This document shows, piece by piece, positions 53,543-64,000 of a stretch of 64,000 nt of DNA (positions within the stretch are counted from its first letter, which is position 1; each line of letters opens with the position of its first letter). The notes under the pieces were generated by a model. The model was not told the DNA's origin. It saw nothing but the letters and a program-made list of their open reading frames with translations, and made no database searches. Both the position numbers and the translations under genes were made by a program. Source of the stretch: Octopus sinensis (taxonomy: Eukaryota); assembly GCF_006345805.1 (NCBI RefSeq), contig NC_043014.1:37324001-37388000 (forward strand), in the 5' to 3' direction.

Positions 53543-55860
53543 CTAGCATTAAGGACCCGTCATTGCCGAGTATAGTGCTAGTGCATGTGTATATGTGTAT
53601 ATATATGTGTACATATAACATGTACATCTATATATATACATCTACACATAAAATACAAAATACAAAGTTATATCTTGATATTGCTAGTGATAACAATACT
53701 CAAAATATATAACTGACTGGAATTGTTAGCCCGTCTCTTCTAATTTCGATCAATTGTATCTTGTCCTCCCTCTTGTATAGAAGTGTGGCTACAATCCAGC
53801 CTACCTCTACTTTGGGGTGGGGAGATGGGCATTAAAAATTTTTAGGGATGTCCTACGTCCCAGATATAAAGGTAAAAATAAAATATTTCCACTTTGCAAG
53901 TTCGAGTCGAGTACTCCCTTGCACGCTCCGTTGACTCGAACCTTCCTTCTATTGTGGCGAATTTACCGCCTCTGATTAGATAGCTTTCATAGTCACACCA
54001 CGACACTTTTCGAAGGTGCTTTCCTCCATGTGTTTTATTATTACCCACTAGGGGTGAACATAGAGGGGACAACACAACCTGGCTGAGGTGCTTCCTGCGG
54101 TTTGGGTTGGGGTTGGGGTTGGCATTCCGCCCTTACATGACCCTTCTTACCGCAGCCGAAGCACCTCGGCTTTCTGCCCTCTACGAAAACTGTTACTCTA
54201 TCTTCTTCACTTATTTTTAGAGTTTCTGGAATCTCCTCCAGTGTTTGAATTTCTGCCTGAATGGCTATTACTATCCGCTGCCCTTTCCAGAATTCCTCCT
54301 CCTCTACTGTGGCCTGGAGGATGTTTATTTTTTCCCCCAGGCCTACCATGACTGCTGCCACCAGACATTCGGCATCTGCCTCTGGCGGAATGTTATTCAT
54401 CGTGATTTTTGATGTTCTTTTTCCTCTATACAAGGGGAGGAGAACAATGTTCTCCGCTTTTATTGGCTCCATAGACAGTTTTTTAGCTATCTCCTCTGTT
54501 GTGAAACGCACCTCTACTGTGCCGTATCTCTTTCCTCTGTTGATGTATGTGATCTTGTCCATTAATGGTTTTAAACAATTCTCGATTTTTTTTTCCTCAA
54601 TTTTTTGTATCATTTTGCTTGTCGTATTAAAGGTCTTATAGATTATTCTTCTTTTTTCGATTTCTTCATGTTTTTGGGCGTTTGTGACCACTGTCACTTC
54701 CGTGCCCTCTTTTGTAATACAGTCCGCATATTTCTTTAAGTCTTTGACGTTTATTTTTTTGATTTTCTTACCAGCTACTTCTGAGAATTTTTTCGCTGGT
54801 GCTGGTGCTGGTGCAGGGGTTTCCTTTTCCTTTGGCGCCACCGCCTCTTTTTTCTTTGGTGACACCGCCTCTTTTTTCTTTGGCGACACCACCGGAGATT
54901 CTTCTTCACTAGTCACGGGAGAATATGAGATGGGGGATTCTATCTCGAACAACTGGCTTAACAAGCCCTTGGCACAACCAAGATAAGTGATATTTTTTTT
55001 CCCCCACGGAGGGGGAACACCACCACGAAGTCCTCGCGCGAAGGCTGACTTCAACAGTTGTACAGCAATAAACAAAGACAGGTAGACACACAGTAGAATA
55101 TAACGGAGAAAATATACACTAAGGAAAATTGTAATAACTCACTACACACGCGATTTGCGTTCCGCCATGTGCTCAAATCTTATTTTTCTCTACATCGTAT
55201 ACTTTATAGACAATAGTCTTTTCTTTAATTTAATTTTTTATTATCCATCTGGACAATTCCATTTCTGCACGCTAATTTTATGTTTAATTTATTCCCATTT
55301 ATGTGAAACCACTTATTCAAGTTCAAATCATTGATGCAATTTTATACCAATTGCTATTTTTACTTTTGTTATGTTACAATTATATTATACTTTAGTTTGA
55401 TTTTAATTATTACTTACTACATATAATTCAATTGTTATTATTATTTTTATTGTTAAAGTGAAAGTATCTGACATAAAATAGAGAAACGTTTTTGTTTCAC
55501 TTTTAACACGTAATACTGAAATAGTGGAGAAGATATGATATTGCTATGGGCTCGCTCTTGGCAAGAAGTTGAACATTTTTTTGCCCATGAAAATACATGG
55601 ACCCTAAGTAAGGCATGTATAAAATTTGAATGGAATTGGTTGTGTAGTTCTCAAGTTTCAGGAAATCGTAGTGGGGAAGATATGATATTGCTGTGGGCTC
55701 GCCCTAGGCTAAAAGTTAAAAGTTATTTTTGCCGATGACACTCTCCGGACCCTAAGTAAGGCATGAGTAAAGTTTGAATGAAATTGGTTGTGTAGTTCTC
55801 AAGTTTTAGGGAAACACAGAGACAGACAGACACACTTTCTCAGTTTTATATATATAAAGA
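53543..55860 (-). mobile_element. Non-autonomous Helitron interrupted by a Tx1-like insertion
   Basis: Same termini and body as 11144-12179; split at CCATGTG. Confidence 0.85.
54033..55164 (-). mobile_element. ORF1-only (HAL1-like) Tx1-type retroelement with a 7-bp TSD
   Basis: TSD CCATGTG at 54026-54032 and 55165-55171. Open frame 54041-55075 has RRIIYK..RGKRYGTVEVRF..VTVFVEGRKPRCFGCGKKGHVRAEC (CCHC) and reads straight into the 3' tail. The frame starts at TTG, with no early ATG. Confidence 0.85.
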
Positions 55861-57794
55861 GATATATATATAGTGCATATATAGACAAATATATACTCAT
55901 ACATAGAGACATGCAGACACATGTGTGTATTTGTGCATTCTTATGTATAGGCCACACGTATATCAGCCAGAATCTTTTCTCTTTGTATAATGTTTAAAAA
56001 GAAATATGCTGATGAAAATATACGTGTGTATTAATATGGCATTAATAATTAATTAGAATAATAATTTCTACATTTATGAATTTGTGTTGCAAGATTCCTT
56101 GTGTGAAACCGTGTGTTGAAAGATATTGCTGTATATGGGGATGGTCATACTTTTTTGTTTTTTTGCCAAATAGATACGTGCACTATATATTCGTTCTTCA
56201 CCCATTTATTACTGTTCTTACTCTAACTCATGTCCATCGTCCAGAAACCTTTTGTCACACATCTGTGACCTCTTCAGCAACACTTACTGTATTTGTGTGT
56301 GCTCTGCTTATTCCATTCTAAAACCTCTTCAGTGACACTTTCCGTATTCATGTGTGCTCTTGCTCTGCTTATTCCATTCTGTTCTTCTATGGTGGGTCAC
56401 ATATGATGTGTCACATCATAGAAGAACAGAATGGAATAAGCAGAACAAGAGCACACACAAATAAGGAAAGTGTTGCTGAAGAGGTTAGTTACAGATGTAT
56501 GACGAAAGGTTTCTGGACGTTGGATGTTAGTTAAAATAGCAAGAGTAATAAACAAGTGAAGAGCAAATATATAGTGCACGTGTTTATTTGGCATGAAAAT
56601 GAAAAAAAGATGACCAAATACAACAATACCATAATAATAATTGATTATTATTAAAATACAGATGAAATACCGCTTCTAAAATACAAAATTTTATCAAAAG
56701 CATTAAGAATAAACCCTGTTTATGTGACATATTCTACCAGTATCGGAAGTTTGAAAGTGTTTAGTTGAAAAAAATTAATTAAATAATCTGTATATCAAAG
56801 TCAACCTCGCTGAAATTTGAACTAAAAAACGTAAAGACAGATGAAATACCGTTAAGCATTTCGCCTGGCACGCCATCGTTTCTACCAGCTCACTGCCTTA
56901 GAAAGTAAACATTCATTTTAGAAATATATTATTTATTCTTATTGCTTAAGCATTACTCCCTTACTTCCTTACTGACATGAAATTTCGTAACATTTTACTT
57001 CATAACTCTTTTTCTACTCATTTTTGTTCAATGCAACTAGCGATTCTCAATTCTTCGTGCATTTTTCTATCATTTAAGACTAAGAAAAGTATACTTTTAA
57101 TTTTAAATTCTAAAATTCATGTTAATTGAGGATGAATATCTGCCTACTGCTCCCCACTCACCTTGAGGTCACATTATAATTTAATGTAACTTTTTTTCTA
57201 CTGAACCAACTCTCAAACTATTTATGCCAAACTATAGCTGAGGAGATGACCTCTTTAAAACTATTAACAGTTTGCAATTTAGTTGAGAACTGAATTAGTG
57301 GTGAAGCTTGGAAGCTGCTGTCTTTGATGAAATGGTGGACTTGAGAATATATTCAGCCAGTACCGTGGTTGAATGATATTAGAACTTCTTGGAAGCTCAA
57401 TCAAATTGCTGGCCTACATACGTTATTCACATCATTTCTTATTATTGATCTCGTCTTTTGTTCTTAATTTCATTATACGTTTACCTAGAAGTCTGCCACA
57501 AAAGGCAACAAAATAACCAGTAAAATCATATTTTAACCAAACATTTATGAAAAATCTGTATGTGATAGGCAAAGATTAAAACCATTATTGAAATCAGTAT
57601 GAAAAATGGTTCAGAATCACCTATAAGTAGACAATCATAATTTATTTCATTTAAAATTGCAAACTTGTGTAATCATAGATATTTATAAATAACTGTGTTT
57701 GTGTGTGTGTGTGTGTAAATGTTTTAAATATTTTTTTCTAAGTGAAAACAATGCAATTAATAAATATTAATAACACAGGTTGATGGTTACTTAC

Positions 57795-57830
57795 ATGGTG
57801 TATTACTTGTTCATCATATCCTCGGAATTC
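57795..57830 (-). CDS. Micro-exon C4 (36 nt, EFRGYDEQVIHH)
   Basis: cacttccttttctccatag|GAATTCCGAGGATATGATGAACAAGTAATACACCAT|gtaagt. Confidence 0.75.
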
Positions 57831-57872
57831 CTATGGAGAAAAGGAAGTGAGATATATATATATATAGATATA

Positions 57873-58373
57873 CTAGCATTAAGGACCCGTCGTTGCCGAG
57901 TATAGTGCTAGTGCATGTGTATATATATGTGTACATATAACATGTACATCTATATATATACATCTACGCATAAAATACAAAATACAAAGTTATATCTTGA
58001 TATTGCTAGTGATAACAATACTCAAAATATATAACAGACTGGAATTGTTAGCCCGTCTTTTCTAATTTCGATCAATTGTATCTTGTCCTCCCTCTTGTAT
58101 AGAAGTGTGGCTACAATCCAGCCTACCTCTACTTGGGGGGGGGGGGGGGGCATTAAAAATTTTTTTTTAGGGATGTCCTACATCCCAGATATAAAGGTAA
58201 AAATAAAATATTTCCACTTTGCAAGTTCGAGTCGAGTACTCCCTTGCACGCTCCGTTGACTCGAATCTTCCTTCTATTGTGGCGAATTTACCACCTCTGA
58301 TTAGATACCTTTTAATAGTCACACCACGACACTTTTTGAAGGTGCTTTCCTCCATGTGTTCAAATCTGATTTC
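57873..58373 (-). mobile_element. Helitron 3' half (duplicate of 53543-54032)
   Basis: Same position next to the micro-exon acceptor as the 53543 copy; ends at a second Tx1-like insertion. Confidence 0.85.
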
Positions 58374-60015
58374 TTTATTACCCACTAGGGGCTACATAGA
58401 GGGGACGTTACAAACATTGGAGACATAGAACATCACAATTACATATATATGAGCAAAATGGAATATGAAAATGATATATGAAAGCGATGCCGACGGCCCC
58501 ATCCGCCAGCATCACTTACCTGTCCTTCTTCACCCATTTCCAATTAGCATTCCTTGTTTACCTATCACAATGTTCGTTTTTCTTTTAGCCCTCTCTATCA
58601 ATTTTGCACTGACTTCCAACACACACCCTCTTCCTCCAACCTTCTCATCAATATACCCGTATCATCACTATCCACAGCCATGTAGCTACAATCTTCATGT
58701 TCGTACCAATTGGTTAACACCCTTTTTTTTACGTTTTGTGTGTCTTTCCCATTTATAACACATAAAAAGTGGGTCTTGGGACTTTCTTTGTTCTGTGTGT
58801 CTGTTTTTGTTTTTCTCGTAGGCGGGGAGTGGGTGGAATCGCTGTTTGCAGGGGAAGGATGGGACTCCAAGGGTGTGGGTGGTGTTGGGGTGGGTTGGGG
58901 CTTCGCACTGTCTTTCTTTTTCTCTCTTTTTCTCTTCTTTCTCCCTTCTTCCCACTCTTGCTGCATCTCCTCTTCTTCTGTCGTTTCCTTTTCTGTTTGG
59001 TTCTCTTTAGTTTCTTCCACTTTTGGGGCTTCCGCAATGATTTCCTTTTCTTTTTCCTTTGGTGGGGGAGGGCAGTAGGCTCTTATGTGACCCCTCAGGC
59101 CACACTTGTAGCACCTGGGCGCCCTACCCTCCACCCACACTCTCATAATAATATTCCCAGTTTTTATACTGTCCGTAAGTTTTCCTATTACTTCCGCCTC
59201 CGTCTGAATGTTCATTTCTAGTGTGGCACCTCTCACGCCTTCATATTTCATAATGGCGTGGAGGATGTCCACTTTATCTTCGTTTCCTTTGATTATTGCA
59301 GCCATTATATATTCGCCCTCTAGGTGTGGAGGTATTCCTTCCACCCTAATTCTGGTAGTCCTTCTATTTAAGTACGAGGGGAACAAGTAAACTTTTTCTG
59401 TCCTCACCACCTTGGCTGCTATATTTCTGGCAACTTTCTCGCTTCTAAATTGTACCATTATAGTTCCATATTCTAGTCCTTTTGTCATGTACACGATTTC
59501 TTCTCCTGTCTGTTTGAGAGCCTCTTCAATTGCTTCCATATTAATCACTTTCATTTTTCTACCTCCATTCATATATACTTTATATTTAATGGTTCTACGA
59601 CTGAACCAGTCTCCGCACCCTGCTGGAGGCAACAGCTCGACCTCTCCGTTCTCCTCCTCCCTCATGAACTCCTGGAAGCCCGTCAACCTAGCCAGGTCTA
59701 TCTCTTTTTCCGTTGACCTCTTCGTCACTCCTGCGTAGGTGCTTTCCATCTTTTCCACCGCTTCCTCCTCAGATGTCGATGAAATTTCAGAGAGATTTCT
59801 CCCTTCCATCTCATCCGTTTGGTAGAGGCGGCTCAAAGTCGCCTCAGACCGAAAAACGGCCGCCCGAACCGAAACAGTGCGACACACAGAACCAGTGCGA
59901 CGCGAAACCGCACCAACCGACATTCCAATTCCGCAACAACCACAATTCACTTTTTGTTCTTTTTTCTTTTTTAACCGAATTTTACAGAGCGTAAAAAAAC
60001 ACGACCGACTTCAAA
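58374..60015 (-). mobile_element. Second ORF1-only Tx1-type retroelement
   Basis: Intact ORF1, about 200-nt 3' region with no ORF2, and the shared tail GTCCCCTCTATGTAGCCCCTAGTGGGTAATAAA. Confidence 0.85.
58598..59809 (-). CDS. Tx1-type ORF1 (gag-like nucleic-acid chaperone with CCHC knuckle)
   Basis: ATG at 59809 (MEGRNLSEISS), STYAGVTK, RTTRIRVEGIPP, VWVEGRAPRCYKCGLRGHIRAYC and a Glu/Lys-rich C-terminus; no stops. Confidence 0.85.
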   Translation of the reverse strand: MEGRNLSEISSTSEEEAVEKMESTYAGVTKRSTEKEIDLARLTGFQEFMREEENGEVELLPPAGCGDWFSRRTIKYKVYMNGGRKMKVINMEAIEEALKQTGEEIVYMTKGLEYGTIMVQFRSEKVARNIAAKVVRTEKVYLFPSYLNRRTTRIRVEGIPPHLEGEYIMAAIIKGNEDKVDILHAIMKYEGVRGATLEMNIQTEAEVIGKLTDSIKTGNIIMRVWVEGRAPRCYKCGLRGHIRAYCPPPPKEKEKEIIAEAPKVEETKENQTEKETTEEEEMQQEWEEGRKKRKREKKKDSAKPQPTPTPPTPLESHPSPANSDSTHSPPTRKTKTDTQNKESPKTHFLCVINGKDTQNVKKRVLTNWYEHEDCSYMAVDSDDTGILMRRLEEEGVCWKSVQN

Positions 60016-60023
60016 CCATGTTG

Positions 60024-61318
60024 TTTTATTATTACCCACAAGGGGCGAACATAGAGGGGACAATACAATCTGATGTGGGGTCAGATATACGAATGGGTTT
60101 ACAAAAAAGGCGAATTTAAAAATTTACAGAAATTACAAAAAATAGAAAAAAATCGAATGGGGAACAGACCGGAAGACATTACGGATGGAGTGGGAGCGGG
60201 TTTAGCTCGGACCCCACGAGCCCCGCCTGCCCACTGATACATTGGTTTCGTCTAGTTTTACATTTATGTGGTATCATCCACTCGCAACTTTCGTGCTACA
60301 TCTTTCCATCGTTCTTCATACACTCTCTTAGTCAGGCATTTTCTCTCCAGCCCTATCTTCCTTTTCAGGTGAAAGATGAAATAATTCATCAAACCAGGGC
60401 CGGAGATGAACTTGCCTGACCGTAAACCTTTCATTCTCGTCTTCCATATCACCTCTTTCGCAATTGCTACTACAACGAGAAAACAAATCTTACCTTCTTT
60501 CGCGAGGAAATCTGGTGGGTCAATTTTTGTAATCGATTCAGTCGACAGCTGTACTCTTCATGTGCTTGACAACAGCTGTTCGGCATAAACCCACACCTCA
60601 GACACGACCGAACAATAGCGTGCGGGACGGTTTCCCTATCCCGCTCGCATCTTGGACATATCGGACTGTCTTGGCCACCGTGCCTTGCGAGTTTATCCCG
60701 AACAGGTAGAGCTCCTCTGTAGCATTGCCATGCCAGAGACTTCTGGAAGTTGTCCAGTGTCTTCGGCTCGAACGTATGTCGGAACAGACTGGCCAGCTGA
60801 TTATCGTCGAGACCTAGGGTTTCCCCCAAGGTATCTTCACATTCCGCCTCTACCAACCCTCTATAGAAGAATGTGGTGAAACCCCACCGCAGGCGTTGCC
60901 GAGCGACGGAATAGCAGGAGAGCCTTGCGACACTCCGTGTACCATGTGCCTAGTTTCGATCTACGATTCAGCCAGGTTTCCCATCCACCGAAACTAGTGA
61001 ACTTGGGAAAACATCAGTTTTGCTAGCGAGACCACACCCGTTCACCATCCAGGTAGAGCCACAGATGTCTTAACCTCAGCGCATGTCTGCGCATCATCAG
61101 CCAAGGCATCCCTAGCCCACCCTTTAATGGTTGTTGACAGCAAGTAGAGCGTTTCACAAGTGGTTTCCCGCCCTTCCACAAGAAGTAAAAGAGCTGTCTT
61201 TCCAACTTGATCAACCACGAATCAGGGCAAGGAACGACGGAAAGGCGGTAGGTGATAACCGATGCGATAAACACATTGGCTACCTCCGCCCTCCCTTTCA
61301 GGGATAGCCACCGCCAAG
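60024..61318 (-). mobile_element. 3' fragment of Tx1-clade ORF2 (post-RT region + zf-RVT) with the same 3' tail
   Basis: WRWLSLKGRAEVANVFIAS..LFYFLWKG..GGLGMP and LAWQCYRGALPVRDKL..CPRCERDRETVPHAI. Tail GTCCCCTCTATGTTCGCCCCTTGTGGGTAATAATAAAA. Confidence 0.85.
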
Positions 61319-61367
61319 ACCAGGTGGCTTGTCGGTTTCCTGAAGTTATGTAATATGTATATATATA

Positions 61368-61964
61368 TCATCATCATCATTTAACGTCCGCTTTCCATGC
61401 TAGCATGGGTTGGACGGTTCAACTGGGGTCTGGGGAGCCCGAAAGCTGCACCAGTCCAGTCAGATCTGGCAGTGTTTCTACAGCTGGATGCCCTTCCTAA
61501 TGCCAACCACTCCGAGAGTGTAGTGGGTGATTTTATGTGCCACCGACACAGGTGCCAGACGAGGCTGGCAAACGGCCACGCTCGGATGGTGTTTTTTATG
61601 TGCCACCGACACAGGTGCCAGACGAGGCTGGCAGACGGCCACGCTCGGATGGTGTTTTTATGTGCCACTGACACAGGTGCCAGATGAGGCTGGCAAAACG
61701 GCCACGATCGGATGGTGCTTGTTACGTGCCCACAGCACAGAGGCCAGTCGATGCGGTACTGGCTACGGCCACGTTCGGATGGTTTTCTTGTGTGCCACAA
61801 GGATACAAATTCCATTGATGTTCATCTATTTTGATTTGTTTTGATTTTCACTTGCCTCAACAGGTCTTCACAAGTGTCACAAGAAGGAAGGTATGCACAG
61901 GTGGACTGACTACGTCCCAGGTAGGGGCCATGGGTTATGGCCTGACTAGTCTTGCCGGGTCTTC
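61368..61964 (-). mobile_element. RTE LINE 3' end (3' UTR + tail)
   Basis: Reverse complement of 10495-11131, including GAAGACCCGGCAAGACTAGT at the ORF2 stop. Confidence 0.9.
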
Positions 61965-62066
61965 GGATGGTGTTTTTATGTGCCACCGACACAGGTGCTA
62001 GATGAGGCTGGCGAAGGGCCACGATCGGATGGTGTTTGTCATGTGCCCACCGCACTGACTACAGCA

Positions 62067-62103
<37 letters not shown>

Positions 62104-63526
62104 TCGGCAGAAGTTAGAAAGTAAGTCGAAAGCTGAGATTGCATGTATTGGCACTTATCTAACACGAATTTGTCCATTGTCACTCTGTAACTTCTGACGA
62201 AATAACTTCTAAAATACAAGATTTTGTCAAAAACGTAAAGAGTAAACTATTCTATGTGACACATTCTACCAGAATCAGAAGTCTGAAAGTGTTTAGTTAA
62301 AAGAAATTAATTAAATAATGTGTATGTCTAATTGAATAGATCCAAATGGATGAAAGGCAAAGTCGACCTCTGCGGAATTTGAACTCAGAACGTAAATACA
62401 GATGAAATGCCGCTTCTATAATACAAAATTTTATCAAAAACATTAAGAATAAAACCCTGTTCTATGTGACATATTCTACCAGTATCGGAAGTTCGAAAGT
62501 GTTTAGTTGAAAAAAATTAATAAATAATCTGTACGTCAAAGTCGACCTCGCTGAAATTGAACTAAAAAATGTAAAGACAAATGAAATACCATTGAGCATT
62601 CGCCTGGCACGCTATCGTTTCTACCAGCTCACTGCCTTAGAAAGTAAACATCATTTAGAAATATATTCTTTATTCTTATTGCTTAAGCATTACTCCCTTC
62701 TTCCTTACTGACGTGAAATTTCGTAACATTTTACTTCATAACTCTTTTTCTACTCATTTTTGTTCAATTGCAACTAGCGATTCTCAATTCCTCGTGCATT
62801 TTTCTATCATTTAGACTAACAAAAGTATACTTTAAATATAAAATTTTAAAATTTATGTTAATTGAAGATGAATATCTGCCTACTTCTCCCCACCCAATTT
62901 GAGGTCACATTATATTTTAATGTAACTTTCTTTCTACTGAACCAACTCTCAACTATTTATGCCAAACTATAGCTGAGGAGGTCCCTCTTTAAAACTATTA
63001 ACAGTTTGCAATTTAGTTGAGAACTGAATTAGTGGTGAAGCTTGGAAGCTGCTGTGTTTGATGAAATGGTGGACTTGAGAAATATATTCAGCCAGTACTG
63101 TGGTTGAATGATATTAGAACTTCTTGGAAGCTCAATCAAATTGCTGGCCTACATATGTTATTCACATCATTTCTTATTATTGATCTCGTCTTTTGTTCTT
63201 AATTTCATTATACTTTTACCTGGAAGTCTGCCACAAAAGGCAACAAAAAACCAGTAAAATCATATCTTACCAAACATTATGAAAAAATCTGTATGTAATA
63301 GGCAAAGGTTTAAAACCATTATTGAAATCAGTATATGAAAAATGGTTCAGAATCACCTATAAGTAGACAATCATAATTTATTTCATTTAAAATTGCAGAC
63401 TTGTGTAATCATAGATATTTATAAATTACTGTGTGTGTGTGTGTGGTAAATGTTTTAAATATTTTTTTCTAAGTGAAAAACAATGCAATTAATAAATATT
63501 AATAACACAGGTTGATGGTTACTTAC

Positions 63527-63571
63527 CTGGAATATTCTTGCCTGAGTGTCATCAGTGTTTCTTATGCATAC
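63527..63571 (-). CDS. Micro-exon C5 (45 nt, VCIRNTDDTQARIFQ)
   Basis: cacttccttttctccatag|GTATGCATAAGAAACACTGATGACACTCAGGCAAGAATATTCCAG|gtaagt. Only phase 0 is open. Confidence 0.75.
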
Positions 63572-63593
63572 CTATGGAGAAAAGGAAGTGAGA

Positions 63594-64000
63594 TCATCAT
63601 CATCATCATCGTTTAACATCCGTTTTCTGTGCTAGCACGGCTTGGACGGTTCGACCATGGTCTGGGAAGCAAGGAGGCTGCACCAGGCTCATCTGGCAAT
63701 GTTTCTACAGCTGGATGCCCTTCCTAACGCCAACCACTCCGTGAGTATAGTGGGTGCTTTTTACGTTTTACCGGCCCAGGTGCCAGACGAGTCTGGTAGC
63801 GGCCACGATCGGTTGGTGCTTTTACGTGCCACCAGCACGGAAGCCAGTCAAGGTGGTGCTGGCATTGGCCACATTCGGACGGCACTTTTACGTGCCACCG
63901 GCACAGAAGCCAGTCAAGGCGGCGCTGGCATCGGCCACGTTCGGATGGTGCTTTTTACGTGCCACCGGCACAGAAGCCAGTCAAGGCGGCACTGGCATCG
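63594..64000 (-). mobile_element. RTE 3' UTR/tail element running off the window
   Basis: (CAT)n tail, GCTGGATGCCCTTCCTAACGCC, and tandem minisatellite units. Confidence 0.85.

Larger units (their letters stand above)
49572..57870. repeat. Further dispersed/tandem copies of the micro-exon module (about 50215-52520, 52520-53540, 55860-56640, 56640-57870)
   Basis: The block CATTCATTTTAGAAATATA..GAGAACTGAATTAG..ACACAGGTTGATGGTTACTTAC recurs, followed by the hairpin block. Confidence 0.9.
61318..63590. repeat. Segmental duplicate of about 49572-51150 (with an RTE 3' piece inserted at 61368-62060)
   Basis: GACCAGGTGGCTTGTCGGTTTCCTGAAGTTATGTAATATG and (TA)nTCATCGGCAGAAGTTAGAAAG.. are colinear with 49572-51100. 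Confidence 0.9.

Noticed and set aside
58167-58385. Recurrent small ORF HMEESTF..RGGKFATIEGRFESTERAREYSTRTCKVEIF (also at 53842-54075)
   Set aside because: It recurs only because it lies within duplicated Helitron copies; there is no domain signal.
34432-63590. The whole array as a false duplication of haplotypes or noisy reads
   Set aside because: Not favoured: copies carry distinct transposon insertions and very different, frame-preserving exons. The exact copy number should still be verified with long reads.

Overview
This is AT-rich, microsatellite-rich animal genomic DNA, probably from an octopod cephalopod (inferred from the tRNA-SINE/RTE tail families). Most of the window is transposon debris: RTE LINEs, Penelope-like elements with hammerhead remnants, Tc1/mariner, Helitrons, a hAT MITE, a foldback element and Tx1-like retroelements. 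One minus-strand host gene runs through it. I could join five of its exons in frame (24095-23263, 20882-20846, 18871-18662, 15156-14990, 13776-13628); together they encode an ankyrin-repeat + C3HC4 RING protein of Mind bomb-like architecture. Upstream of the ankyrin exon (34.4-63.6 kb) is a tandemly amplified intronic module. Each copy has near-identical splice-site flanks around a hypervariable 24-45 nt micro-exon. Six micro-exons are intact, open and frame-preserving in phase 0, one is 32 nt, and two are dead; the ankyrin exon also starts in phase 0. This looks like a combinatorial, rapidly diversifying micro-exon cassette array on an E3 ligase and is the main finding; no expression evidence is available. 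The second finding is that ORF1-only Tx1-like elements inserted independently at nearly the same site in duplicated Helitron copies.
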